Made by a program: the position numbers and the translations under genes | Assembly (NCBI GenBank): GCA_024137785.1 | Contig: JAHRHZ010000078.1 | Coordinates: 21,247,216 to 21,311,215, forward strand | DNA length: 64,000 nucleotides | DNA from: Ginglymostoma cirratum | Taxonomy: Eukaryota | Direction: 5' to 3' | The notes under the pieces: model-generated | What the model saw: the letters and a program-made list of their open reading frames with translations, nothing else | Databases searched by the model: none | What the model was told of the DNA's origin: nothing | In this document: positions 27,060-39,115 of the stretch, piece after piece | How the letters are laid out: each line of letters starts with the position of its first letter | Numbering within the stretch: the first letter of the stretch is position 1

Positions 27060-27119
27060 AGATTGAATTTCGGATTAGTGCTGGGCTGGTCGGATTTCCA
27101 CAGATTGTTTGCAACAAAG
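27060..27119 (+). other. Putative non-coding exon 1 of paralog A (start uncertain)
   Basis: Donor caaag|gtacag is conserved in paralog B at 52895. The leader exon has an acceptor upstream of its ATG, so an upstream exon is needed. Confidence 0.55.
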
Positions 27120-28024
27120 GTACAGTTTGATGTTCAAAAACTATAAGAATATTTTTATTGACAGTTGTGCGAAGTGTGTGAACACTGGATACAATATAAC
27201 TGCAGAAACTGATCAGATTAGGGGATTGCTTTTTAAAAAATGAAACAAAACAGAAATGGAAACAGATTTTTTAAAAGAAATAAAATATCCTATCAATTGT
27301 CGCAATGCCTACGGAGTTTACAAAAAAAAATAAGAATTTACGGAAAAAAAATCACGACGACCAGGAATTTGTCTGTAGATCTCTGCACGGGAAAGCGGGC
27401 AGCTACAAAAAAAAAGGAAAAGTCCAAAATGTAGTTTATTGCTCTTTGGAACTCCACTAGTGAGGAATACTTACTTTGCAATTTGTATGAGGAAGCTACA
27501 GCTGCAGATGCTGGAGTCAGAGATAACACAGTGTGGAGCTGGAGGAACACAGCAGGACAGGCAGCATCATAGGAGCAGGAATGTTGAAGTCTTGGGTCGG
27601 GACCCTTCTTCAGAAATGGGTTTATATTTGTAATTTGCATGATTGCTTTATACAGGACAGAGTAATAGATTTCGGACGCAGTACCTTCTCATTGTGAGCA
27701 GTAGTGAGCTCCTCACTGATTTCAGATATGCACCAAACCTCCAAAATAAACACAGAGAATACTGGACAACGTCAGTGGGTCTGGCAGCATCTGTAGAGAG
27801 AGAAGCGGAGCTAACGTTTCCAGACTGGTACAACTCTGGTCATACCTCCAGAAGCTGGTTTTGCCCTGCAGGATGAGGTCATGTCTTGCAGACGGCGTTT
27901 GCAAAACCTAAACCTCTATCATCGACAGTCTCTGGGTTAAAATCTTAAAAGTTAAGCTCCAGCAGCCAGTATAACTATTTAGAAATATTCAAAGATTGTT
28001 CACGTGAGTCTGACATGGGTGGTG

Positions 28025-29335
28025 GGCGAGTTGTTAGAGGGAATCCTGAGGGACAGAATTTACATGAATTTGGAAAGGCAAGGACTGTTTAAGGAAAGTC
28101 AACATGGCTTTGTGCGTGGTAAATAGTGTCTCACTAACTTGATTGAGTTGTTTACTGAAGTAATGAAGAGAACTGATGAGGACAGAGCAGTGGACATGAT
28201 TTATATAGACTTTAGTAAGGTGTTTGACAAGGTTCCTCATGGTACACTGGCTGGCAAGGTTACAGCACATGGAATACAAGGACAACTAGCCATTTGGATA
28301 TAGGACTAGCTTGAAGGTAAAAGATAGAGGCTGGTGGTGGAGGCTTGCTTTTCAGACTGGAGACCTGTGACCAGATATGTGCCACAATGATTGGTGCTGG
28401 GTCCACTGTGTTTTAACATTTATGTAAATGATTTGGATATGAACATAAGAGGTGTGATTAGAATGTTTGCAAATGTCATAAAAATTGGAGGTGTAGTGGA
28501 CAGTAAAGAAGGTTATCTCACAGTACAATGGGATCTTGATCAGATAAATGTGAAGTGCTGCATTTTGAAAAGACAAATCAGGGCAGAACTTATACACTTA
28601 ATGGTAAGGTCCTGGGGAGTGTTGCTGAACAAAGAGACCTTGGAGTGCAGGTTCATAGTTGCTTGAAAATGGAGTCACAGGTAGATAGGATAGTGAAGAA
28701 AGTGTTTGGTATGCTTGCCTTTTTTCGTTCAGTGTAGCAGTTAGGAGGTCATGTTGCAGCTGTATAGGACATTGGTTAGGCCAGTTTTGGAATACTGCAT
28801 GCAATTCTGGTCTCCCTACTATAGGAAGGATGTTGTGAAACTTGAAAGGGTTCAGAAACGATTTGCAAGGATATCGCCAGGGTTGAGTGTTTGATCTGTG
28901 GGAGAGGCTAGATAGACTGGGGCTATTCTTCTCGGAGCGTCTGAGGCTCAGGCGTAACCTTATAGAAATTTATAAAATCATGAGGGGCATGGATAGGACA
29001 AATAGCCAAGGTCTTTTCCCTGGGATGGGGGACTCCAAAACTAGAGGGCATAGGCTTAAAGTGAGAGGAGAAAGATATAAATGGGACCTAAGGGGCAACT
29101 TTATCACACAGAGGTGGTTTGTGTATGGAAGAAGCTGCCGGAGGAAGTGGTGGAGGCTGATACAATAACAACATTTAAAAGACATCTGGATGGTTATATG
29201 AGTAGGAAGAGTTTAGAAGGATATGAACAAAATGCTGGCAAATGGGACTAGATTAATTTAGGATAATTGCTCGGCATGGGTGAGTTGGACTGAAGGAACT
29301 GTTTCCGTGCTGTACAACACTATGACTCTATAACT
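28025..29335 (+). mobile_element. 5'-truncated CR1 in intron 1 of paralog A
   Basis: RT motifs (DFSKxFDKVPH, VLGPLCF, EQRDLGVQVH) and tail tatgactctataactc; not seen at the equivalent site in paralog B. Confidence 0.9.
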
Positions 29336-30181
29336 CAAAATGAACTACAAATGCTTTGGGATGTTTAAACATGTCCTTCCTAATTGCTCATGATTCTTTA
29401 TTCTGTAAGTAGATGAGCAATAGAGAGAGCAGGATAATCTGGAGTTTACTCCTGATTTAACCAGTATTGTATTATCAGTTCAACTGAGAGGGAAATAAAC
29501 CCAACACTAAGTTCAGAACTTTAATTTATCTTTCACTGAAATTATGGTAATATCTGTGGGAATCACCAAATTTGGAGTCTACATATCAGGACGTTCAAAA
29601 TGATTGATGGTTATTTGGATTTAGACATCTCAGCACATGATATGGAGGCAGGATGTCCGATCCAGGATCAGACCATCCTTAGGTCTCGGATAGGATAACA
29701 CCAGGCTCTGAGTCAATGCTGCAGCCTTGTCAAGTCCCTGCCCAACTTAAAAGCCAAACCCATCAAACAGGGGCAGCTGGAAAGGGTCGGGGTGTTGGGG
29801 GGAAGTGGCCTGGCAACAAGACACCCTCTGTGGACTGAAAATGTCATTCAGCACATATGGAAATCTGCAATCTGAGCCAAACACTGCCCATCTCAGTCAA
29901 GTTTGAAGCCATGGCATTATTGCAGTGTCTCTTGCTATACTGTTTGATCGGTGATACATTCCAGAATTCTTGCTGTGAGAGTGGTTGGCATCTGCCACAA
30001 AAACATGTAAGTTATACACTACCATATAATAATTATGAGCATTCAAACCATTTCTACCAATGTAAATATATCTGATGGACTGGTTGTTAGTCATTAACAT
30101 TAATGAAAGAAATCTGATGCATAAATAAAGTGAAATCAGGTTAGGTTAACGTGTTTTCTGTATTATCCCTTAACAGGTGAA

Positions 30182-30260
30182 ATGAGTCTGGAAATGGTTT
30201 CATGCCATACAATACGTCTTCTTCCTGTCATCTTCTACATCCTTCCATCATTGTCAGACG
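30182..30260 (+). CDS. B7-like paralog A, signal-peptide exon (MSLEMVSCHTIRLLPVIFYILPSLSD; the ATG at 30194 is the one conserved in B)
   Basis: Acceptor taacag| at 30176, donor |gtaagt at 30261, phase 1, hydrophobic leader. Confidence 0.85.
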
Positions 30261-30351
30261 GTAAGTTCTAAGATGCTTTTCAACAAATAGCTCTATAGAA
30301 TACTGATTCCCACTGAAGGAATGTGAGTCAATGAAAATTATTGTTTTTCAG

Positions 30352-30666
30352 GTTTTTTGGATTTATTTTGTAACTCTCCGGTGACAGGAATATTTAACAA
30401 AGACACTAAACTACTGTGCACAGTCACTTCACAAGAGGATTGGAACTTGACAGACATTGTACTATGGAAACAGAAAGATGTAGAAGTGTTTAACTACAAG
30501 AAAAGTGTCAATGAAGTTCAGGGTCGGATTAAATTACTTCATTCAGGATCTCAAGAGATATTACTGGTGATCCAGAACACACAGTTGTCAGATAGTGGGC
30601 AATATCAATATTATTTGCAGACAACTGTTGGTCACAAAAGTGCTGACATCAATTTGAAGGTTAAAG
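30352..30666 (+). CDS. B7-like paralog A, IgV exon
   Basis: 315 nt, phase 1-1, tttttcag|...|gttggt. V-set motifs: B-strand LLC, C-strand W, GRI, LVIQNTQLSDSGQY, G-strand LKVK. Confidence 0.9.
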
Positions 30667-31379
30667 GTTGGTGACTGTATTCTTTTCTTGATATTATAGA
30701 TGTTCGTTGCAAGTACTTCATAACAAATTCCAGTTTTGTTCTCATTTTAAAAGTGAATAGGTGCAGGAATAAATGATTCAGGCCATCAAGCCTACTCCAA
30801 TTTTCAGTGCGATGTTATTTGACCATGGGCTGCAGCTCCACTGCCTTGCTCGCTCCCTCAAAATCTGTCAGTCTTAAATGCATTCAACAATGGAGCATCC
30901 ACAACCCTCTGGGTTGAAGAAAGTTTACAAAGTTTACAACCCTGTGAATGAATCATTTTCTCCTCAAATCAACCTTAAATTAGTTTACCTGAAACTGTGC
31001 CACTATGTTTTACATTCCCTGACTGGCAGAAACAATCTCTCTACAGCTATCATGTAAAGCCCCTTCAGAATCTTGTATGTTTCAATGAGATCACCTCTCA
31101 CTCTTCTAAACCCCATTAATGAACAGTAATATAAGCCCAATTCACTCAATTTCTCATCATAGGACAGCCCCTCCCATTCCTGCAAATAATCTTGTGAATG
31201 TTCCGTCTAATGTAACCAATGCAAGTATGTCTTCTGGGGAAGAGAAATCCACACTCCAATGACCATTTGAGAGAAAAAAAATTCTCCTCATCTCTGTCTT
31301 AAAAGAGAGATCGCTTATTCTCAAACTACGGCAGAAACATCCTCTAGGAATCTAACCTTTTCAGTCCCTTTTAGATCTT

Positions 31380-32950
31380 CTGTGGGCAGAATTTCATAGG
31401 GGTCTGAACAACATGGGCTACAATGAGATGTGTGATATAATCAGGTCCATGTTGATGTCGGAAGCAACTTGTACCATCTTTGATGCTTTTCACAAGTGCC
31501 ATTTCGAGAATCTTATTTGGTAAAGATGAGTTGCCAATTGACATGTTAAATGCCCAATTAATGCCACAAATTGAATCATTAATATTCAGCCTCCCATCAT
31601 ACCAAACCCACAAATCAAGCTCGATGCCTGGAAAAATCAACAAGGAATCCCGAGCATCTGGTGGAGCAACTGGTGGAGCCAGTTGCCTGCTCTGAGTGGT
31701 CTCCATGTTAGAAACTGGGTGCCAATTTCTCAGGCATGCTCCATGGGGGCTGGGCACATGCAACTCACATCTGCAGACATTGGCAATTTTCACGTGCCAG
31801 CTTCTAAGAACCTTCATGGCCCATCTCCTGTGCACTAATAGGATGCTTCTACTATTCAGTGATGCAGCTTGGGTAACTTCAGTAGCTCTCATTGTAATGC
31901 TGCAACAGTGGCACTCTGCTCAGGGAAACACATCCAGCTCATGGCCTGGGCTAGGCTGCACCTCAGGCCTGTTTGCTTGCTGTCATTGCAATCATTGACT
32001 GAACCTACCTGGATGCTTATAACTTCCCAGCTTGCATTGCCTGATCTTCCTTGTTACATTTTGTCCCTTCAGCCAGAGAAACCAGGCTCACAGTATTGCA
32101 AACTTACCACATCTTTAGTACCAAGGAGCCAGGGAACTTGTTCTTGTCAGCAAGCCTCAGTCAAGTCAAGAAGGATAGCCTTGTTTCAGGTGTTCCCAGC
32201 ATTGTAAATCATGGACAGCCTCTGCTACTAGTCCAGACCCTGTTCAGGGCAGTCAGAATGAGATCGTCTCCTCATTAGTACACCGTCTGTCTTGATTCTT
32301 TCTTCCCTGCTGTGGGCTGTTTTCCTCATGGAATGAGAGGGAGGCAGATATTAAGGGAGATGAATGTGGGTGGTGCAGTTAATACTGTTGATGAAAGTGG
32401 GTAGGTGGCCCATGTAAGTGAGTCAGCAGCACACCAAGCACACTGGCTTAGTGATGTCAGGGCTTGGGGTTGGGGAAGGTGAGTGGGCAAGATGTTGCAG
32501 ATTGTGAGAGTGGGGCTAGAGCATGAGCTGTAGTGGTGATGGGTGAATGGTTGGTGGGAGAGGTGGAGGTAGAGTAGCAGAGATACAGTGAATGTGAGAT
32601 ATTGGAGACATGTTAGTGGCCTTTCTGCTGGCGGAGTGGAGAGGAACATTAACCATCTTCTTACACTGCTGGACCTTCCACGAGGCTGCTGAGATTGCTT
32701 TAACAAGAACAGCAATCTTCAACCAGGCTGGCACAATCAGGGGTCACAGGCTCCACAGCTGGTCATCGAGGAACAAGAAGTCCCAGCAGTGCACCACCCC
32801 ATCCAGCAGGAGCTCCTGGACACTCTCCAAAAAAGAGGCCAATGATTACTGTCTATTTGAAAACTCCAAGGTAAATGTCAGGAACCATGCAGGGTAGCTC
32901 CAGACTGATAGTGCTTATCTGAATGCACAATGGGCTTTTAAAGATTGCAT
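31380..32950 (-). mobile_element. Degenerate Harbinger-type element (Myb/SANT ORF remnant) in the V-C intron of paralog A
   Basis: Minus strand ELLLDGV...WLKIAVLVKAIS...QQCKKMVN resembles 38543-38821; absent from the 0.8-kb intron of paralog B. Confidence 0.5.
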
Positions 32951-33019
32951 TGGTGCAAGGGATGTTGGTGAATTCCGGGATATCCAGTGAATGGCAAGTT
33001 GTTCCGGGAAAAGTATATT

Positions 33020-34375
33020 TTACAATGGGGCAGGAAATTAATCAACCAACATTTGGATAGTCATGGTCTGATTAGCAATAGTCAGCGTGGATTTGTGTGC
33101 AGAAAGTTGTGTCTGACAAATCTTTTAGAGTTTTTCGAAGAGGTAACCAAGAGGATAGATGAGGGTAGGGCAGTGGATGTTGTCTATATGGACTTTAGTA
33201 AGGCCTTTGACAAGGTTCTGCATGGCAGGCTGGTCATGAAAGTTAGGTCGCATAGGATCCAGGGAAAGCTAGCTAATTGGATTCAAAATTGGCTCTATAT
33301 TAGGAAGCAGAGGGTGATAGTTGAAGGTTGTTTCTTGGATCGGAGGCCTGTGACTAGTGGTGTGCCATAGGGGTAGGTGCTGGGATCTTTGTTATGTGTT
33401 ATTGACATAAATGATCTGGATATGAATGTACAAGGCATGATAAGTAAGTTTGTGAATGATACAAAATTAGAAGGTATCGTTGATAGCAAAGAAGGTTATC
33501 AAAATTACAGAGGGCTCTTAATCAGATGGGGAAGTGAGCTGAGGATTGGGAAATGCAGTTCAATACAGATAAGCGTGAGGTGTTGTACTTTAGAAAGTCA
33601 AACCAAGGTAGGACTTATACAGTGATGATAAGGTCCTGAGGAGTGTTTTGGAACAGAGGGACCTAGGAGTTCAAGTACATAGTTTGCTGAAAGTGGTGTC
33701 ATATGTGGACAGGATGGTAAAGAAGGCATTTAGCATGCAGGTCTTCATCGGTCGAGGCACTGAGTACAGGAGTTGGGACGCTGTGTTACAGTTGTATAAG
33801 TCATTGGCGAGGCCACACTTGGAGTATTGTGTACAGTTTTGGTCACCCTGTTATAGAAAAGACATAGTTAAACTGGAAAGTGTGCAAAGAAGATTTACGA
33901 GGATTGTAGTCCTACAAGGACTAGTAGATCTGAGTTATTGGGAGAAGTTGGCCAGGATAGGACTTTATTCCTTGGAACATAGGAGAATGAGGGGTGACCT
34001 TATTGAGGTGTATAAAATCATGAGGGGTAGTGATAGGATGAATTCATATAGCCTTTTTCCCAGGAATAATGAATTGAAAACTAGACAGTATAGGTTTACG
34101 GTGAGAGAGGATAGAGGATAGGACCTGAGGGGCAACTTCTTCATGTAGAGAGTGTTGAATATATGGAATGGGCTGCCAGAGAAACTGGTTGAGGCAGGTA
34201 CAATAGCAACATTTAAAAAAAAACATTTGAATAGGTACATGGATGAGAAGGGTTTAGAGGGATATTGACCAAATGTGGGCAATTGGAACTAGCTGAGTGA
34301 GCACTATGGTCAGCATGGACTAGTTTGGGCCAAAGGGCTGTTTCCATGCTGTATTACTCCATGACTCAATGACTT
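33020..34375 (+). mobile_element. 5'-truncated CR1 in the V-C intron of paralog A
   Basis: CLTNLLEFFEEVT, YMDFSKAFDKV, RPHLEYCVQFWSP, tail atgactcaatgact. Confidence 0.92.
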
Positions 34376-34872
34376 GATGAATGTTTGTGATGCCACAGAA
34401 GCAGGATACCTAATTAATGTGATGAGTTTACTAAGATACTGCAAGGAAACCTATTAGTCTTATGGTGAGAAATCCTCCAAAAAATTTGACATATCCCAAA
34501 GTTAACCAAAAAAAGGATTCAGTCCTATGTTTCAACAGGATAACCTCTCACTTCTCTAAACAGCAATGGATTTATGTCCAACCAGTTCAAACTTGCTTCA
34601 CAAAATAAGCCCTTTACTTCAAGAATGAATGATAATCACTCTTCCAACAACATAATTTTGCTGCTAAACTGTGCCAGGAAACAACTGACTAGACAAATGG
34701 TGATAGTGGCATAGTGACCATGTTTATTGGATGAGAATTCCAAGAGACCCATGTTAACCTCAGTGATTATGGGTGAAAATCCCACTCTAACAACTGGTAG
34801 AATTTAACTTCATTTTCTAAATCTGAATTATGAAGCTCATTCCACTAATAATAATGCAATCATCATTTTTAG

Positions 34873-35157
34873 CTCCATACAACATGATTGTTTTCCCAAA
34901 CATCGTATCGTCGAGAATAGTCAGTGTCACTTGTGAAGCAACTGGATATCCACCGGGTCGGATGCACTGGTTCTTGAACACAAAAACGAACCTCACATCC
35001 AATGCTAATATTAGTATTGAAGAAACACCACAGGGACTGTACAAGATCAGCAGCACACTTCAAACCGAGGAAGAAATAGAAACCCCAGAAGGTGTTTATA
35101 CTTGTGCCATGTGGAGCATAGATGACAGTAAATATGAGGTGAAGAGAAATATTTCAT
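34873..35157 (+). CDS. B7-like paralog A, IgC exon
   Basis: 285 nt, phase 1-1, tttttag|...|gtaagt. APYN...VTCEATGYP...HW...GLYKISSTL...YTC. The V-C junction LKVK|APY is typical of the B7 family. Confidence 0.9.
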
Positions 35158-35691
35158 GTAAGTTCACCACATTTATGCTTGAAAGGATTTTGGAAAGTAC
35201 ATATTTAAAGAATTAATATGTTTCATTTATTTGCAAATATGGATCATATTGCAAAATCATACTTATTACTCAAGACTATTTTACGCTGAGAACTTGTGGA
35301 ACATTATTTTTAAATTATTGCAGTCCTTTTCCTCACTGTTGTTTAAAGGTCAACTTTGTTATTGTAATGAACAGAGTCGTAGTTGGGTATATCTATGCCC
35401 AGCCCAATCAGAATCTACGTGGCTGGGCTGAGAATTAAGATTGATCATTAATTATTCATGCTGTAGCGCCAGGTTAGCTACGACCCAAATAATCAGCACC
35501 GTCTTCTCATTCTATACAAAATGTATAAAATGAGGTTTTATTGTACTTTACAAATCTGTTTATTGCAACCTAGTTCTAAGGAGTACAAGATGAAAAACTA
35601 CAACTCTTAGTCTCATCTTAGCAATATTGTAGTTCTATTCTACCAAGCATTTAATTAATTAAATATTTCTCACTCACGTTTTCTGTTGCAG

Positions 35692-35835
35692 TCTCTCATT
35701 CAAATTCTACCTCTGCTGAGAGTTCTGGAAAGGAAAGGAAAAATGCTTTCGTAATTGTCCCTGTGATTACAGCATTACTTCTTGTTGCATTAGTAATCTC
35801 TGCTGTTCTGCAATTTAGGAAAAGATCGCATGCAG
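35692..35835 (+). CDS. B7-like paralog A, stalk + transmembrane exon
   Basis: 144 nt, ttgcag|...|gtatga. SHSNSTSAESSGKERKN-AFVIVPVITALLLVALVISAVLQF-RKRSHA. Confidence 0.88.
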
Positions 35836-36764
35836 GTATGATGGTTTTGGATTCTGGTTCCTTTTAAAACTCTTGATTAATACATAAATTATGACTTTTT
35901 TTGCTTTAAACACATCTTATGATCCCTTATTTCAATTATGCTTATAATCAGGAAACCAATGCACTTTAACCTCATTATGTGACAACTGTACAAGTTTCAA
36001 GGCAAAATAAAAAGAAGTAACAGAATCTCCAACATTCTAAACTGTTTTAAATTCTGTCCATCCTAATTTCCTTGCTAACATTTTGCAACTTATATAAGCA
36101 CTTGGCTGAATTATTGGAAAACAAATACTCTTATATTACTGCTGAGGAAATGTTTGCTGAATAATTTGCTAAATAGTTTGAAATGTAGAGATATTTCAAG
36201 CTATGAACATTGCCTAATTAGTTACAATCTTTGATCAAAGAAAGAATAGATAATATATAAATGTCGTATGAGCCAAACATTCACTCTCCCTGAGCTCCCA
36301 CAATGTTCTAAAATTAACTGTAGCCTTCTTATTACGTATGCTGATATAAGTCACTTTAAAGCAAAATCTCAAATCAAATTCTCCCACTGTGAATGGGAAT
36401 TTATAATTCCAAATTGCTAGTTCAGATACTAGCAACTTGGTAACATAATAATTATGATACTGTGGCCTCCTAATCAAATTAGAGAACTACAACTTTATAC
36501 GTTGACTGATTGCAATTGTCTTGGAACCATTTGGTTATAAAATTATTCTTAGTGTTACACAAAGGAGAGGCGCAAAATAAGTTGGTAAAATTTAATTTTT
36601 ATGACTGTTATTGTGATCATCCAGAGATTATTGCCTCTTCCATGATTGAGTTTGGAACCAAAAAAATTAATAAACTGCAAATTTTTGCAGCAGTTTAAGA
36701 TAGTTCAAAACAATTGCTATATGCCAGAAACAATGTATTAATTGTTGTATTGCTTTAGTTTCAG

Positions 36765-36886
36765 AAATTACAAAAGAATCTGAAACCCTGATGCTAAGTT
36801 TAATTACAAATACCTGCACATTTTTGAAAGTCTTCTATCACAGTTTTTATAAATCATATTTTCTTCTTTTAACATATGACAATTGA
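36765..36886 (+). CDS. B7-like paralog A, cytoplasmic exon with retained last intron (EITKESETLMLSLITNTCTFLKVFYHSFYKSYFLLLTYDN*); full protein ~310-314 aa
   Basis: Acceptor tttcag| at 36764. The ancestral donor reads ctaagt (36794) and the ancestral acceptor reads aacat (36875). The frame is open to TGA 36884-36886. Confidence 0.6.
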
Positions 36887-37684
36887 CCAGAGACCTAATG
36901 TTTGATAGCAGTTGCAGAGATTAATTCTTATTTCTACTTGCAGCAAGTCCACTGATGGCAGCAACTTTAAGAAAACATGATACGATATAGCAACCAAATC
37001 CTATCTTATGTGAATGAGGGAAGATGAATTTAAACCATGAGTTATTTCACATACTGTCACTTCCTGTATTATGATCACTTCAAAACTGATTTTAATGCAG
37101 CTCTCGTCCAGAAAAATACACCAACTGTTTTATGGCATTGGACTGAACTCTTCACTAATCCTTTCTCTGCAAAGAAACAATGCTTCACATTAGTTTTCTA
37201 TGGACACCATCAGCCAAACACAGTGTTCAAATGCAAAAGTCTACATGCTGAAGAACTTGGCTTTCAATCCAGGCTCGTGTTTGTCAAGAAGATCCCTATT
37301 TTGCAGCAGAGGTAAAAATTGGATCAATCACAGTGCGCTGGGAAAGGAAAAGAATATTTTCAACACAGTTAACTCTGAACATCTACTTGTGGTTTTCTTA
37401 CAGACATACTGTGAATGGTTTTGACTGTTGGACTGTATTTCTCACTTGGGTTAAGAGGAATCGTGGCTGCAGGAAATTAACTTGAAAAACTGAAATTTCA
37501 GTATTTTCTGAATTGTAAACACTGATCATTATGTTTGTACACTAATTACTTTAAATCACTGATTTAGCTGAATAACACATGTATATACATTTTTGTAAAG
37601 TATTAATTAATTTTTGCTGTGCCCTTGTTTTGTGTTAACAGATAATGTAAAACAAATGTAGATCTCCTGAAGTTTAATAATGAG

Positions 37685-39115
37685 CAGGCAAAATCTTACC
37701 AGGCTGTAAACAATATGGGTTGTGGCAAGTTGAGTATTAGGATCAGTCAAGATGGTCATCTCAATGTCGAGATCATCTTGCTACAACCTTTTCCCTTTAT
37801 CAAGCAGCATGGCAGGATCCTTGCCTGGGAACAGCGAGTTCCCGGTTGACAATGTCCATTGCTTGTTATATAACTTGTCGACAGCCCAGACCATCATGGG
37901 ATGTGATCTTACCAAATTTGCTGCACAAATTGGCCTTCAGGAAAACTTGCCATGGAAACCAGAGTAGGTTCTTGGTGGGTTTGACTGGCTACTGGCTCCA
38001 GACGATCTGTGTGAGCAATGAATGGTTCCTCCAGTGCTTCCCTGATGATTTGGAGAAGTCAAGGAGTTGTCCTCTGTTGAGGATGGGACTGGGTGCTGGG
38101 GGGAAATTAATTCATCTGCAGGACATAAGATGCAGAAGGCATTACAGCCAGTGGTTTGTTGTGTTCGATGCCTGGTTAATGCGACTCTTGTGCTGGAATG
38201 ACAAGTTTTACTTCCTTCTGGACTTGTCAACCCCACAGAAGCGGTCCGTTTTTTCTCCTGCTAGATTGAGAATTCTTTCCTTGGAACAGGTGAAGACATG
38301 CACATCTGGTACTTCCCTCATTGTGTGGCTTCACTCAGCCCTGTTATGGGATGTCTTCTTCTGTAATGACATAAAGGAGCAAATTAATTAGAATCAAGTG
38401 GCTGGCACAACTTTTGGGGCTGGTGCACTTGAGGAAAGTGAGGAGTTCCAAGGGAGTGCGGGATTGGTGGTGTATGAGGTTGGTTGGGTAATGAGAGCTC
38501 GTGAGAGTAGATGTTGTATGCATCACAAGGTTAAGCAGAGCATTAGAGTTGGTGGGAGGTGGTGGGGGGGGGGGAAGTGGCCCAGTTATATGAGAGGTAG
38601 CTCACCCTGGAGGATTGGAAAAGATCATTGTCCTTCTTCCTGCACTGTTGCCTAATTCTCATCAATCTGGAGATGTCACTGATCCAGGTGCTCATCTTCG
38701 ACCAGCTGGCATAGTGCAGTGACTTGACTTCATCTTCTCTCTTTGAGAAAAGGACACCTCCACTGTTCATCATCCCATCCGCAAGGACCTTCAGGTCCCT
38801 GTCCGACATGTGTGGTGCCACTTCCTCCTTCTCTGCCCTCTTTCCTGGCTTCTAATATTGCAATCAGGACAAGTTCCAGATGGCAGCATTCCTGCAGGTA
38901 TATAGCAGGCTTTGAAAGATGGCACTGTCCAAAGGATGCTGGTCTTATGGAAGACATCGCTGAGTGGCAAGTTCCTGTGTGAACAGTGCATGGTAAGATG
39001 GTGCGAAATCCGATATGAATCTCACTACAAAGGCTCAAATGGCAATAAAGCAGTAAGCTTGGTATGATATGGCAAGAAAACTTGCTGGGATTCGCAGTGA
39101 AATTCATTCTGCCAA
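37685..39115 (-). mobile_element. Harbinger-type element remnant with Myb/SANT-like ORF (38543-38821)
   Basis: APHMSDRDLKVLADGM...VLF...W..MSTWISDISRLMRIRQQCRKKDNDL matches the Myb/SANT-like trihelix pattern of the Harbinger accessory protein. Confidence 0.65.

Larger units (their letters stand above)
24150..37350 (+). repeat. Tandem segmental duplication unit A (paralogous to ~46600-60100)
   Basis: Collinear matches: 24170-24600~46620-47060, 27055-27170~52830-52945, 29605-30180~54680-55250, plus all exons and intron flanks. Confidence 0.9.

Noticed and set aside
30667-30674. V-exon read-through to an early stop (KGW*/KGE*) as a soluble V-only isoform
   Set aside because: The donors are intact GT, and an early stop is expected by chance; no supporting signal.
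30182-30720. Leader + 91-nt intron + V exon resembles an Ig/TCR V gene segment
   Set aside because: The exon includes its own G strand and ends in a splice donor. No CACAGTG/ACAAAAACC RSS follows. It splices to a single C and a TM exon.
30182-36886. Naming the gene CD274, CD80/86, CD276 or ICOSLG
   Set aside because: Only family-level motifs are visible and the V domain is atypical; orthology needs phylogeny and synteny.
37846-38391. 181-aa ORF and similar ORFs (31371-31892, 38730-39230)
   Set aside because: No recognisable domain; they lie inside decayed Harbinger-type sequence.
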